This document shows, piece after piece, positions 34,731 to 46,739 of a DNA stretch of 64,000 nt; the stretch's first letter is position 1; each line of letters opens with the position of its first letter. The stretch lies in NCBI GenBank assembly GCA_965178125.1, contig OZ237743.1, forward strand, positions 930,001 to 994,000, read 5' to 3'. A model generated the notes under the pieces. That model worked only from the letters and a program-made list of their open reading frames with translations, made no database searches and had not been told where the DNA came from. A program made the position numbers and the translations under genes. The DNA is from Bilabrum cf. latius. Taxonomy: Eukaryota.

Positions 34731-37700
34731 TTATGTTCTAGCCTTCTTCTTCGGTGGACCGCTGCTCTCACCACCTCCGGTCTCTCCAACCCCGGCGCCG
34801 CTGCTTTGCTTCGACTCTTCCTCGGCCTGTGCGGCGATTGCTTCGAGGGCGGCTCCGCGAAGTTCCGGATCTGTGCCGCCGGAGCTACCTGCCCCAGAAC
34901 CAATCCTGCTGCTGCTGCTGCTGCTGCTGCTGGCACCCGCCCCCGATGCCGCGTGCCCGCCCCCTTCCTCCCCGTACCCTACATACCAGTCCTCCTTGAC
35001 ATCCATACCGCCCCCAACCGGCATTCCATCCAAGTCCCCGAACCCCTCCATCCCTGCGTCTCCCCACCCCTCTCCCTCGTCCATCTGGAGAACAATATCC
35101 GCGAGCTCCGCGTCGGTGGGGGCGATGGCCGCGACATCCAAAGTGCCAGCCGCAGCAACCGCAGCCATGGCGCCCGCACCAGCTCCTGCAATATCCCTGA
35201 CTCGCCCTTGCGCCCCGCCTGCACGACTCCCCGCGGCCTCCTGAGCCTCCGCCTCCGCAAGGGCAGCGAGGGCCTCCATGTCGTCCTCAATGCCCAGGCC
35301 AGACCCCTCCATGGTGGTACTGCCACCGCCCTTGATGGATTCAGAGGATCCAGCAGCTTCGGGCAGGCGCTGTGTCGTCACGGCGTCGGGGGCAAGCGCG
35401 TCCATCCCATCCGTGGCTGTCTGCTCCCGCAGCTCAGCTGTGAGTTCCTGCACGTGTGCCAGCGACAGCAGCGAAGTGCCCAGGGCAGCGTCAGCGTCCT
35501 GTGGCTGAGCCATCTGCCGGAGGAACTTACGAGCGACTGCTGCAGCAACGTCTGTTGAGAGCTGCTGGTGCGCCTCTGGCAGGAACTGCAGGACCCACTG
35601 TGGCAGTTTGCTTCGTTTGTCGTGCCGCGCATACCGAGCGTCTGCAAACACCATGAGGCCGTAGTCCCGCTTGCTGCGGATGACCCGCCCGACGCACTGC
35701 GATGCCTAGCGCAAGGCGTCAAAGGTGAGGAAATCCTGCTCCCGAATGTGAAACGTATCTCGCAGGTAGGCCAGCCGCGCCCGCAGCACGTGAGAGAGGG
35801 TGTACTAAAAGGGGATTCCAATCAGCACCACCGCGCGACCGTAATGCTTGTCGAAATCGATGCCCTCGGCCACCTTGCCCCTTGCCACGGAGAAGAACAT
35901 CGCTCCTCGGCCGCAGTCGCAGGCCTTCCGGAAATTGCCCAGCGCCAACGTCGTCTCCATGATGTCCTTGGTCTCTACGAAAAGGAGCTTGTGCTTGCTC
36001 AGCTGCTGGATGACCCCTTGCTTGTGCCAGAACGTCACGATGGCCTGCATGTAGCTGTAGGAGGGAAAGAACACCACCATCCCGTCAGGAGTCACCGACG
36101 CCAGCTGCTCCAGCATGGCGCCATAGTTTCGCTTCACCCCATCGTCGTCGCGCATTTCGAAGCGCGAACTCACGGGAGTCTGGTCCGGGCCCTTTGACAC
36201 GATCATGGGGCAGATGCAGGGCCGGGCGATGCTCATCTGGAACGAGGCCCTCACGACGGGGTGGAAGTTGAGCATCTTGGGGTACATGTCCAGGGGACTG
36301 AGCGTGCCGCTCGTGAGCACGACGCTCTGGTACTTCTAAAACACGTTCCTGATTGCGATCGAAGCGTCGAGGCACGCCAGCTGCAGGATCGGGTCGGGGA
36401 TGTGCGGCGTCCTCGAGTCGAATGGCTCCAGAATCACCATGAAGCCCTGTGGGTACTGGACCAGCATCGTCACGAAGTTTGCCACCAGAGAGATAGGCTC
36501 AAAGTCGGCGACGTCTGTGATCTCGAGCGTCTTGAGCAGCGAGTTCAGCCTCGTGGCCGCGAACCGAAGAGGGCGGGTGTCGTTCTGCAGCGCCTGGCTC
36601 ATCGAGTGCAGGAAGGAGGGCGGCGTGTCGTTCTCCACTTGCGCCACGTCTATCCTCTGCTGCAGGTAGCGCACCACGTGCCGCATGAAGCCGAGAAACA
36701 GCTCTGCATTCCTGATGTTCCCTGGAATCGCCTCGTCGATCACCTCGTCTGGCAGCACCAGCGGGGCCGGAATTTCCTCCCCGCCTCTCACACGACCAGC
36801 CGCAGCACCAGCGGGCGCGGGCGCAGGAGCAGGAGCCGGCGCAGGTGCCGGTGCCGGTGCAGGTGCAGGTGCAGCACCAGCGGCAGGCGGTGCTGCAGCA
36901 CCAGCGCCCGCATCCGCTGGAGCACCGCCAGCCGCTGCACCCCCTTCAGCAGCGGCTGTCCCCGTCCCCGTCCCCTGTACCCGCTGCATCAGCCTATTGT
37001 ACTCTGCCTCTAGCTGCTTCACGTTGGACTCCCTCATCCGGGCCACCTCTGCTTGCAGCCTCCTCACGTTGCTGCCTGCGGTGCGCAGGGCCCGCCGGTC
37101 CAGGGTCACAGAGAGCGCCTCGATGCACACGTTGTCGATGTTGTGCGCCTCGTCAAACACCACGATGCTCTTCTCCTCCAGCTCTGCCGACACTAGCCTG
37201 GCGATCTTGGGGTCCAGCATGTACTGATAGTTGTACACGACCACGTTCGCCATGCCGATCGCGTGCCTGGCCAGGAAATAGGGGCACCAGCCCTTGGCTG
37301 CTCCCAGCTCCTGAAGGTCTTGCAGGTTGTAGATGCCGCGGAGGTCTGCGTCCGTGGCCGATTTGTCGTACTCTTCGAAAAAGGAGCAGAGCTTCACTCC
37401 GGGGTCCGACTCCGCGCTGGCCCTGACCCACGAGGCCGTCATGTTGCGGCAGAGGGTGTCCACCTTCTCCCTGTCGCCCTCGCCCATCACCTCGGGATGG
37501 ATGCACATGTTTCGCCTGGAAGATAGGCACAGGGCCAGCAGGTCGCCCTTGCTCGCGAATGCACCTGCCTCGTCCTCGGACAGCCCGGCCTTGGCCGCGT
37601 CCTTCTTGAGTTCCTGCTCGCGATATTGCGCCACCCGCTTGAGCTCTTCTACTGCCTTTGTCATCTCTGGAACCGTTCGGGTGCAGTACACGAGCTTGCC

Positions 37701-38040
37701 GCACTCAGGATGCGCAAACTGGTAGGACGTGATCAGCGAGAGGAGCGTGACTGTCTTGCCAGTGCCGGTTGGCATTTCAAGGATGGCGTGGCCCTTGGCG
37801 TCAAGCGCATGCTGCGAGAAATCTTATTGCGCACACATCAATGCCTCAATGATAACATGTTGCGATCGTATTGCGCACCTTGATTCCGTGCAAGCTTTTG
37901 CTGCAGTAGATCTTCCGTTATGCGTCAGCCAGTTGTCCAAGCCAAAAGCTTACCTTCAGCTCCACCATATAGCTCAACTGTTCCCTGTAAATGTACTCAT
38001 ACGGAAAGAATACTTCGAGTCCCTCGAGGTCAAAGCGCAT
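34731..38040 (-). CDS. ERCC2: TFIIH/NER Fe-S helicase XPD (Rad3/ERCC2)
   Basis: [18 protein letters not shown], intron 37953..37812, then [61 protein letters not shown]. In-frame TAGs at 36336, 35805 and 35706. Ends in TAA after KKKART. Confidence 0.96.
36795..36915 (-). repeat. Degenerate hexanucleotide repeat encoding an (Ala-Pro)n linker inside XPD
   Basis: GCAGGT/GCCGGT/GCAGGA runs on the + strand, translating to [22 protein letters not shown] on the - strand. Confidence 0.8.
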
Positions 38041-38448
38041 TGATGTGACGTGTGCAAGCAGTGCAGTCAGTTCTCTTGTACAGGAGCACTTCCGAAACCT
38101 ATCCGCGCTCTTCTGGCGTGCAGTGTTAAAATTATTTCAACAGATGTGAGCCAATGCAGTGTGAGTGAAACGCTGCGTAACTATGGACAAAAAAAATATC
38201 GAGGTGCCCGATGCAGTGCACTGCCCACATTGTGTGTGCCAGTGGCAAAACTTCCGCAGTGCTCATCAATCTGCCTTGCTGGTTTTAGGTCGGACCGCAG
38301 TGAAGTCATCAATTGTGCGCTTATAAGCATGGTGGTGGCGTTTGTCGGCCGGCAATGCTTTTGTTGTTCCGTCAGCCATGGCTCGGACGTAGGGTGTCTT
38401 AGACTATGTGGCCGGTTGGCCGTCGCCCCCAGGGATGCAGCATATTCA

Positions 38449-38970
38449 ATGGCTCGAATTCAAAAACGAAACAAAAACAAAGCTTTTCACTTGAGCAAAA
38501 ATGCAAGACGCGATGTAAATGCATTTGAATCGAAAAATCACGCCCCGGACAAGCCAATGTTCTCGCGTCGTGCTGCAGAAGTAGACCCCGAGTAGAAGTC
38601 CCTGCATCAAGAAGCAAGTAAATCAAAACAATACACTGCCGGGAATTCGTAGGACACCTAACAAGTTGCGTTCAATTCATTGTGGAGCGACGCAGATCAT
38701 TGCCACCTCCGCACTGCCTTCCGACAGAGTAGACGATTTAAGGATCAACTTGCAACTTACCACCACCTCCCCTGGCATAAACCGCACGTAATGTCCCCAT
38801 TGGTTTTAAAGTGGACCCCGAATGTAGATTCCGAGAAAACAGTAGCTGGCTCCCCTGTAGAGGCGCCCAACCCAGACGTGCTGCAGTCGCGCTGCGAGCT
38901 ACATGGGCTACTTTTCCGCGAACCGATGCGATCCTACATGCGCGACAATTTCTGCACATCTTCAAAGTAA
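38449..38970 (+). CDS. Possible spliced hypothetical gene, divergent from XPD; structure unresolved
   Basis: Basic N-terminus MARIQKRNKNKAFHLSKNARR... continues through TAG 38593. Downstream exon choice is ambiguous. Confidence 0.3.
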
Positions 38971-41010
38971 CTCCACGAGTACCATGTCTCCGCCATAGAG
39001 GGTGTAGGTGTGTCTGCATCACATGAGAGGGCAGGGGGTATTCTGAACTGGTATCCTCCCTCCTTTACCACGGATCAAGGAGAAAATGCTTCACTTTCAG
39101 GATAGTCGATCCATGCATTCAACTTTATGGAACATGCAGCTGGTCCGCTTACCCCAGTCGCTACTTTTGGATGATCTGCGCGCAGCACCGGCGACCGGGA
39201 GATGGGTTGCGTCGGTCTATGTTCCAAGGAGACTAGCAACACAGCAGATCGATGGCGGCATGAACAAATAAACTTACCGGACAGTTGTGGCCGAGCTGTT
39301 GAAGTGGATGCCTCTGTGGGTAGTGGAGGCGCTGGACGGAAAACGCGAAGCCCGTTCTTCGCTCCCCGGTCTGTGAGCCTGTGGCCCACGTGGCCGCCAG
39401 AAGCCTGCCTGTCGCGGCTCACTCGCCCCGATACGGTGATTATATTTACCCAACTACTTGCCTTGGACTGACGGCAGAAGGCATTTGCCGAGCAGCGCAA
39501 GAAACAAGGCTGCTGTCGCGAAGCTGCACATATGGTCTGCGAGCGAGCGACGTGACATGGCGACAGCAAGAGGGTCTGCTTGCAATCCACGTCCCAGCAC
39601 TGCACCAAATGCCGCCTAGACATTCCATTTACCAGGGATGAGCGCGATGCGCTACAGCCACCAGATCCGTGGATGTCGAAAGAGGCAAGAAAAAGGCTGG
39701 CTGCAAGCCACGAGACTCGTTCACATCCCCCAAGCCGCGCGAGCCATGCACCCGAGGGGAAGAGGCTTCAACCCACACAGCCCATTGCTGTGAATGAGAA
39801 CGCAGCCCCAATCTGACTCACGCGAATCGAGAAGTACAATATGGAAAATGTGCTTGCAATCGGTCGCCTTGTCGTGTGGCCATTGGCCAAGACTGGTCGC
39901 AAGCTGTGACGAGTCCTGGGCACAGCCTGCGTGCGTGCGATGCAGCGAAGCTTCGCATTCCTTTCTTGACGCCACAGCTACCTACTTCACCCAGTAACTC
40001 GTAGGAATAAAGTAAATGGTGGGGGGCGACGGTCTGAGCAAGGTCTCGCAGAAATACTAGCGGTAGCAGCTTTGCCTGCTGGACCCTGCGTATTGCAAGC
40101 TACTGCGATCCAGACAGCTTCTCTCCATGGTGACCTAGTCTTTACGAGATGGAAAGCAGGTATATCCGGATGGTGAGCCTGTATGCTTGCGGGGGCTGTC
40201 GTTGATCCAGGTCTTGGTACCAGTGCGCCAGTAGGCTAGTTGTAGCCCTGCAGGTGGGAGCTAGCATGGATGCCAGATGCAAAGCGCTTCCACTTCCTCG
40301 CCTCCGATCCCGCACCAGGTCCTTGCCACATCCATTGGATGTGGTCTTTGTGGGCTGTAGATTGGGCTCAATCATAATGCAATGGGCCAGCAGGCCACTA
40401 CATGTCACGACTACGATGGCCCCGCCTGCATGCAGCCACACCTTAGCCATGCCCTCCACGAGTCCCTGTCCGCGTCGGTCACCCCTCTATGCGCTCTATC
40501 TATAGTACATTCTTGGAACTGCACGAGCACTTCAAGTTGTGCCAATTGCGAGCTGCAGCCGAATTTAGACGTTGCACATTCATCCGTAGCTGTTCAGCGT
40601 ACTGCTCCATCGAAAATCAAGCCCCCATTCCACGATAAAGATAAATCGCTCCCCAGACATGAAATGACTCTCCGGGTCTCTCGAGCTCCATGCGAGCAAT
40701 GCAAACTTGCTACCTGATTGCGGAAGAAATTATGGAAAATCTCCCATTTCCCCAGCTAACCGCGCCACTTTACCATAAAATATTACAAATTGATCAATTG
40801 AAGGTTAACATAGGCATCAAATACGAAGGAATAGTCCAAAACTTGAAGAGGTCGAGTACATGCAGTGCATTGTACTGTAACCCTGGCCGCGAAGCCGCCG
40901 GCGCTCAGCTCGGGCGTTGAGCACTTTCGTTGCACATTGCTTGTCACGGAATGAATCCATACTAAAGTGGCGCATCCGACTTTGAAACATTCAATTCTAC
41001 GCACTGCATC

Positions 41011-43635
41011 ATGGTTCTGCGACGCAGAACCTGGATATCGCTAGCCGCTGTGATATACGCTGGCTTCATTCAGGCAGGGCGCGCAAGCTGCCCATCGTTG
41101 TGCAACGGACACGGGAGGTGTGATAGCATGGGAACGTGCATTTGTTTTTCTGGCTGGGATGCTGCTGCCGACTGCTCTCTTCGTACGTGTCCAAGCGGCC
41201 CCAGCTGGGCAGACATTGCAAGCGCCGACGACTTGGCCCATGCTGATGCAGAGTGCAGCGATAGAGGGTATTGCGACAGGCTGACTGGAAAATGCAGGTG
41301 CCTGCTCGGTTTCCGGGGGCCAAGTTGCAGCCGGTCAGAGTGCCCCGGCACGCCGATCGGCTGCAGCGGCCACGGGCAGTGCCTGTCCATGCGTTCCTAC
41401 GCGAGGAAGGGAGACCAGCTGAGGCACCAGGTCGTGCTGGAGTACGCCGACCCATGGGACGCAGACATGATTTATGGGTGCAGCTGCGACGATGGGTGGG
41501 GCGCGCCCGACTGCAGCCAGCGGGTGTGCCCCCCCGGAGATGACCCGATGACGAGCCAGCAGCGGCTGGAGGAGGCGGTGCTCCGCTGCGACCTGGACCC
41601 GGAGGCGCCCAGGAACACCTGGATTGAATTCAGGCTGGAGCTGGACGGGGTCAGCTCCGAAGTCCTGCATCAGGGCATGCGAGATTTCGAGCTCAAGGGG
41701 GCGCTGGAGCGCATGCACACCGTGGGGCACGTGTCCGTGCTCGTGGACGGCTCCCCGCAGGCGGGTGGGGGCACCGGTGAGACGCCCTTCATTTGCTCCG
41801 ATCAAGACGGAGACGGAAAAAGCGAAGCAGTCACGCGGATCGTGTTCCTAGACCGGCGGGGCAACGTCCCCCCCTTCAGGCTGCTGCACCCCGATGGGGG
41901 CATCTTGGACGGGCTGGCGGCAAGCAGGATTCGGGCGGCCTTCGATGGCGAGGGGCTGCTGAGGGGCGGGGATAACGCCGTGGTCAGTTCGGTGCAGGGC
42001 CGCACCGAGTGGCTCGAGTGCAGCGGACGGGGTCTCTGCAGCCGTAAGGCAGGGACGTGCGACTGCTTTCAGGGCTTTGGTGCCGGCTGGGAGCCGCAGA
42101 TGGGCAGGCAATCTGCAGTGGCCAACTGCGGAAAGGTTCTCGACCCCCAGAGCGTTTCCTCGTGCCCAGGGTCATTGCCGGACGGCACCCGCCCGTGCCA
42201 CGGGAACGGATGGTGTAGTGGTAGTCCTGGGTGGCAGTGCCAGTGCCACGAGGGCTTCAGAGGAGGGGACTGCAGCCTGCGGTCGTGCCCCGCTGGTGTG
42301 GCGTGGTTTGACTATCCCCTCGAGAGGCCGAATGCCGCCCACGCGCCCGCCGAGTGCTCCAGCGCTGGGGTGTGTGACGAGCGCACGGGCAGTTGCAAGT
42401 GCCTTCCGGGCTTTAGCGGCGCCGCGTGCGACCGTGCCCTGTGCCCCGGCGAGCTGCCTCTGGAGGGTCTCGAACCCGGGCGAGAAGAGGCCCGGCTGGC
42501 GGGCGGGCACTACGACAGGGAGGATCGGAGCAACCCCTGGGGGGAGCCATACGTCCACACGGCCAAGCTCCCGCCCACTGCTGGGGGACAGGACGGCGTG
42601 CCAATGGATGGGACCGCGAGGAACGGGATGGGGAGGCAGGTGCTGAGGGGCAGCGCGGGCGTGCTGCGATCGGCGGGAGGGGGGCTCCCAGTGGACGTGG
42701 GGCCACAGGGGAGGGCGGTCTCGAGGGGCACTGGCGGGGGAGCGGCGTGCAGCGGAAACGGGCGCTGCTTGCCCATGCGCGAGCTGGCCAGGCTTGCCGT
42801 GGCAGCGGACGGAACCCCCAGCCCGAAGAGGTATGGCACGGTGGCACCCCTGATTTCCAGGTCTGGAGGGGCTGCATGGGACGCCGACGGGCTGCGGGGC
42901 TGTGCGTGTGACGAGGGATGGGAAGGGCCCGATTGTTCCCTGAGGAGCTGTCCCTGGGGATCCGACCCAAGGGCGCGGGAGGGTGGGGGCGGGGATGGCT
43001 CGTGGATCGAGCGGCAGCAGCCGGAGGAGCAGACGTTCGAGTGCTCCGTGGCGGCGCTAGCGAGCGATGCGGCGGCTGCGCTGGCTCGAGGCGAAGGGAC
43101 CTTCCAGCTGCGGTTCCGTGGCTCTCTTTCCCTGCCGATTCGTCTGGACGCCACTGCCGCCGAGATCCAAGAGGCCTTGGAGGCGACCGGCACGGTGGCA
43201 AAAGGAGATGTCGGGGTTCGGCTTGAGGCAATCCTGGCAGGTGGAGCGGTGCCTAGCACAGCGTGCGGTTCAAGCGCCGGGGCTGGATCCAGAGTGGTTC
43301 TAACCTTTTGGGGATAGCACGGAGATGTGCCCGAAGCGGAGATACCTAGCACTGCATTCGATTCTGCAGTGCTTACTCTGGCGAGCGGGCCCATTTCTGA
43401 ACGGCAAAAAGGGACGACAGAATCGCTAGAATGCAGTGGTAGGGGCGTTTGCGATCATGCATTCGGCGAGTGCAGATGCTTTGCGGGCTATGGCCCAAGT
43501 GACGGCCGCGGGGGGCCGGGAGATCTGGCAGACTGCGGGCATCGGAGGGCTCGTCTGGGTGACCCGGGCTCGAGCCACTGGGAGCTTTGGGGGCAGTCGC
43601 CCGTGCTGAACCAGTTCGGAAATGGTGTAGAATGA
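41011..43635 (+). CDS. Secreted Cys-rich EGF-repeat protein of the stramenopile tubular-mastigoneme (Sig/Mas/Ocm-like) type, 874 aa
   Basis: Signal peptide, then repeated CP..CNGHGRC...DCSLRTCP.G..W.D....AH..AECS.RG.CDR.TG.C.C and WD...GC.CD.GW..PDCS.R.CP.GDDP.T modules. One TAG at 43315 (TFWG*HGDVP). Ends in TGA. Confidence 0.78.
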
Positions 43636-44167
43636 CCTGTTTTGCCATAATCATGTTCGATTGGCCGCTGTAGCTCGGGCGTTGAGCCCGAGCAGTCGGT
43701 TCGCACCACGTCCTCAGTCTTGCCACTTGACTTCTTCGTTGCTTGTGCTGCACTGATAATTGCATGTGTCGGTACTGTAGCCGGCCAATAAATGCAATTC
43801 ATACTTTTCAATTCAATTCACCCACGGTCTTATGATTTCATTCTGTCATTGGCCTGACTGCACTGCCAGCGGCCGAATCAGCTCATTCGAGACGTGGGCG
43901 TCCTGTAGAGTTTATGCGGCAGCGCGCACAGCGTATCCGACCGGTGCATGGGTGGCACTCAATTACCATGTTGTCCGATTCTCACGCGTTGCGTCTCCCA
44001 TGCTGCCTTGATGCCGCCTGGAGCAAGACTGCCAACTGATCCCAGCCTTGGCGAGCTCGTGGTGCCCGGCCAGTGGCCACGCAGCCTCGCCTATCGTGTG
44101 CGCAACTTTCTCAGCTTCATGCCTCCAAGTACCACAGCTTTCTACCCGTGGCACGCCTTGACTGCAG

Positions 44168-44604
44168 AGTGAATCCCTTGAGGCAGCATCTGCTGCGCCA
44201 TGGTCGACAGAGGCCGCTCCAACCGATCCGCTTGCGGACTAGCGCCACAGTCAGGTGGTTCCCATCTTGGTGTTGTCTCCACAGGACGGGTGGCCAGCGG
44301 TATGTTTCCATTATGGCCATCATGTCCCCTCTGCACACTGTTCGTCGCTGCCCCGCTCTAACCTTTGCCTCAGATCGCACTCCTCTGCGCGACCTTCTTC
44401 GAGGTCGACTGGTCGCCGTTGACGCTCCACAGGTCCGGTGCCGATCTCTTCAGCCAGACCAGCCCGAGAATCACTGTAAATTGGACCATCAATCTAGCCT
44501 GACGCAGCTACTTCGTCGATCCCTTCCACGAAAGACCGGAGAATGGAGTCGCTCTCGGACCGTGCTTTCTCGATTCCCTCTCGAATCGCTTGCAGTGGCA
44601 TTGA
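44168..44604 (+). CDS. Possible small multi-exon hypothetical gene (5' end unresolved)
   Basis: Phase-compatible introns 44300..44373 (CTAAC branch point) and 44433..44507 give SESLEAASAAPW...QVVPILVLSPQDGWPAIALLCATFFEVDWSPLTLHSYFVDPFHERP...LQWH-TGA, with one TAG. Confidence 0.35.
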
Positions 44605-45580
44605 AGACCCTAGAGTACTCTATCGAACGGCCCAAGAACTAGAACGACCTATATTACTAGTGGGCGTATCTCCTGAATCGGACATAGATTTCTACAGGAC
44701 GCGCAATGCCCGCATATCGCTGCTCATGGCAATGCCGGCCGCGGCCTCTCCTCCAACCCCCTAGTCTTCAGCTTCACTGGAACCCATCGACATGACAGCA
44801 TCTGTACTCCCCTACACGCTTCCATGACATTCGTGTGCGCCACTTCTCTCTGAAACGGTCCCACGGGTTTCACTCTCCGGTTTCGCAGCGTATGCGCACA
44901 ACCGCGAACGGTCTATTCTCGATCTGCCCTTCTTGGACCTAAACGCTCTGGGTTGTACCCTAGAATCACTATATTTTGATTGTCCCTGCTCTCTATCTTC
45001 GCTAGGACTCGGCTCCATGGCTTGCCTGATTCTGGTTGGTTTATGGCCACCACTCCACAGACCACGATCGACCGCTGCGCGTCGGGGGCGCACCGAATTT
45101 TTGTCACACCAAAATCAAGAACCCGATGATGATTCGCAAACTCACTCGGCCCAGGTGATAATCATGGAGGCAACCATCGGAGTAAAATGGAGATGTAGCG
45201 ACCGTATCTCGGCAAAGCCTGAACTAGTGGCCGCCACTGGCAGTGACTGGCAGCCAGTCAATCTTGCCAGGGGTGGACTCCTCGGCGCGGCGCCTGTGGC
45301 AAAGCGTGCCAGTGTAACGCAGAAAGCTTGCAAGATGGCGGACTCAATGATGATTTGATTAACATGGTGCTAAAATTGAACATTCACTTGGGATGCTGCA
45401 CACATGGCACGCCCGGGTAGGATCCCACGCCACTGCCCGTGAGAACTTGCGACGAGACAACCAGCGACCGGTCCCCACAGTCAGCTCCACGAACGTGACC
45501 CGCGGCCCGACTGATGCAAATGCACACCTTCATGCAATTTGATCGGACCCCCCTATGCCCCCCCCAAGAAACCGCGCCGC

Positions 45581-46576
45581 TCACCACTCCCAGATGTACG
45601 CCTCCCCCTCCCCCCAGTGGTCCTCCGCCCTGGGGCTCTCCTTGGACTTCCACAGGTCCAAGTAACCCTTGTCGCCGCCCACCGTGGCGTCGATGTAGAT
45701 GATGCCCTGCTTGCCCATGGCGCTCTCCTGGCCCTTCTTGAGGTGCTTGGGCTTGCCCAGCTTCCTCTCCAGAATGTTGTACAGGCAAGGGGCCGACACG
45801 GAAAGGAGGTCGCCCGACGCCGTCTTCACCTGCTTACCGGTGAACGGATCCGACTCCTCAAGCTTACTGCCTGCGGGCGGTTAGCATAGCAACATAAGTG
45901 AGACTTGGAGAGACTGGCGGGGTCGACCATCGCTGAGGCAGAACAAAACGAGGCTTCGTCGTCGGTGCGGCGCCGAAGCCTCGCGAACACTGTAACGAGG
46001 CAGGCTTCCGATGTCAAGAAGCAGGCCGACAAATCAACTGTTCAATCTATAAGACATCCATGAAAGTATTTGCGTTGCTGCGCAAGGCAAGCAGTCATAG
46101 CGAGAAAGATCGCATCGGCAGCCTTCCGTACACGTGTGCCAACATGGTCTCATACATCTGGGGACAGCTCGGCTACTTTCAATACAGCTCAAAAGAATGC
46201 CCCGTAATACTGCTCCAGACCACGGAAATCTACCCCCAACAGAAAGCAATCAGGCTGGGATCAGCTCACCAGTCGCATTCAACGCAACGCTCAGGCGCAA
46301 AGCGCTGTCATTGTCCTGCGAAAGAGGGCAGACATGACATAGACCACAATGTAACTGGTACGGAATTTATCGTGGGATCCTCCATCTGGTTCTTTGGAGC
46401 CGCATATGCTCGAATGGATCGCTCACCATCGGCTTCAGCGAACCCTTCAGGCCCTGGGCCTTGATCACGTCGCTGCACCCGTCCACTGGGTAGGCCTCCC
46501 ATAGTTCATCAAATGTACCATCTGCACCTCCAAGCTTATGACCGAGCGTATGTTGGGAACGAGCTGCACCTGCCAT
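45581..46576 (-). CDS. Tae4-like (T6SS amidase effector family, NlpC/P60-related) protein, 161 aa, three exons, catalytic residues apparently substituted
   Basis: Exons 46576..46427, 46315..46270 and 45870..45581 (GTGAG...CAG introns, phases compatible). Product: ...TFDELWEAYP...MDNDSALRLSVALNATG...LYNILERKLGKP...GKQGIIYI...GYLDLWK...EAYIWEW. This follows the Tae4 motif order F..LW..YP / N.CA.R.S..LN..G / L...GKP / GK.GII / GH..LW / W. Recognised by eye. Confidence 0.7.
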
Positions 46577-46739
46577 TTTTTGCTTGCGAAAGTGACCAAT
46601 CGGTTTCAGCTGTGGATCTGATTTTCTTTGAAGGCTTTGTTGCGAGCGGAAATCTCTCAGGATTCGTCACCTGGAACAGTTGCTCGAATCTGTCCAGAAT
46701 ACATCTCCGTGCACCCTATCGAGTGTATTTCCATCATCA

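Noticed and set aside
35706-36338. TAG as Trp (A-to-I editing), pyrrolysine, Glu, Tyr or Leu
   Set aside because: The most conserved columns are Gln. Single cases aligning with Glu (36336, 56718) or Tyr (26014) are at variable sites. U-to-C editing cannot be excluded from DNA alone but is much less parsimonious.
2146-38040. Genes as pseudogenes or sequencing errors because of premature stops
   Set aside because: All exonic interruptions are TAG, never TAA/TGA or frameshifts. They occur in essential genes, at Gln columns, and are conserved between paralogues.
39000-40950. Possible additional spliced genes on either strand
   Set aside because: Several frames are open under UAG = Gln, but I could not establish a consistent exon chain or recognisable motif.
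44812-45360. ORFs 44933..45358 (+) and 44812..45093 (-)
   Set aside because: No motifs, codon bias or splice support to choose either.
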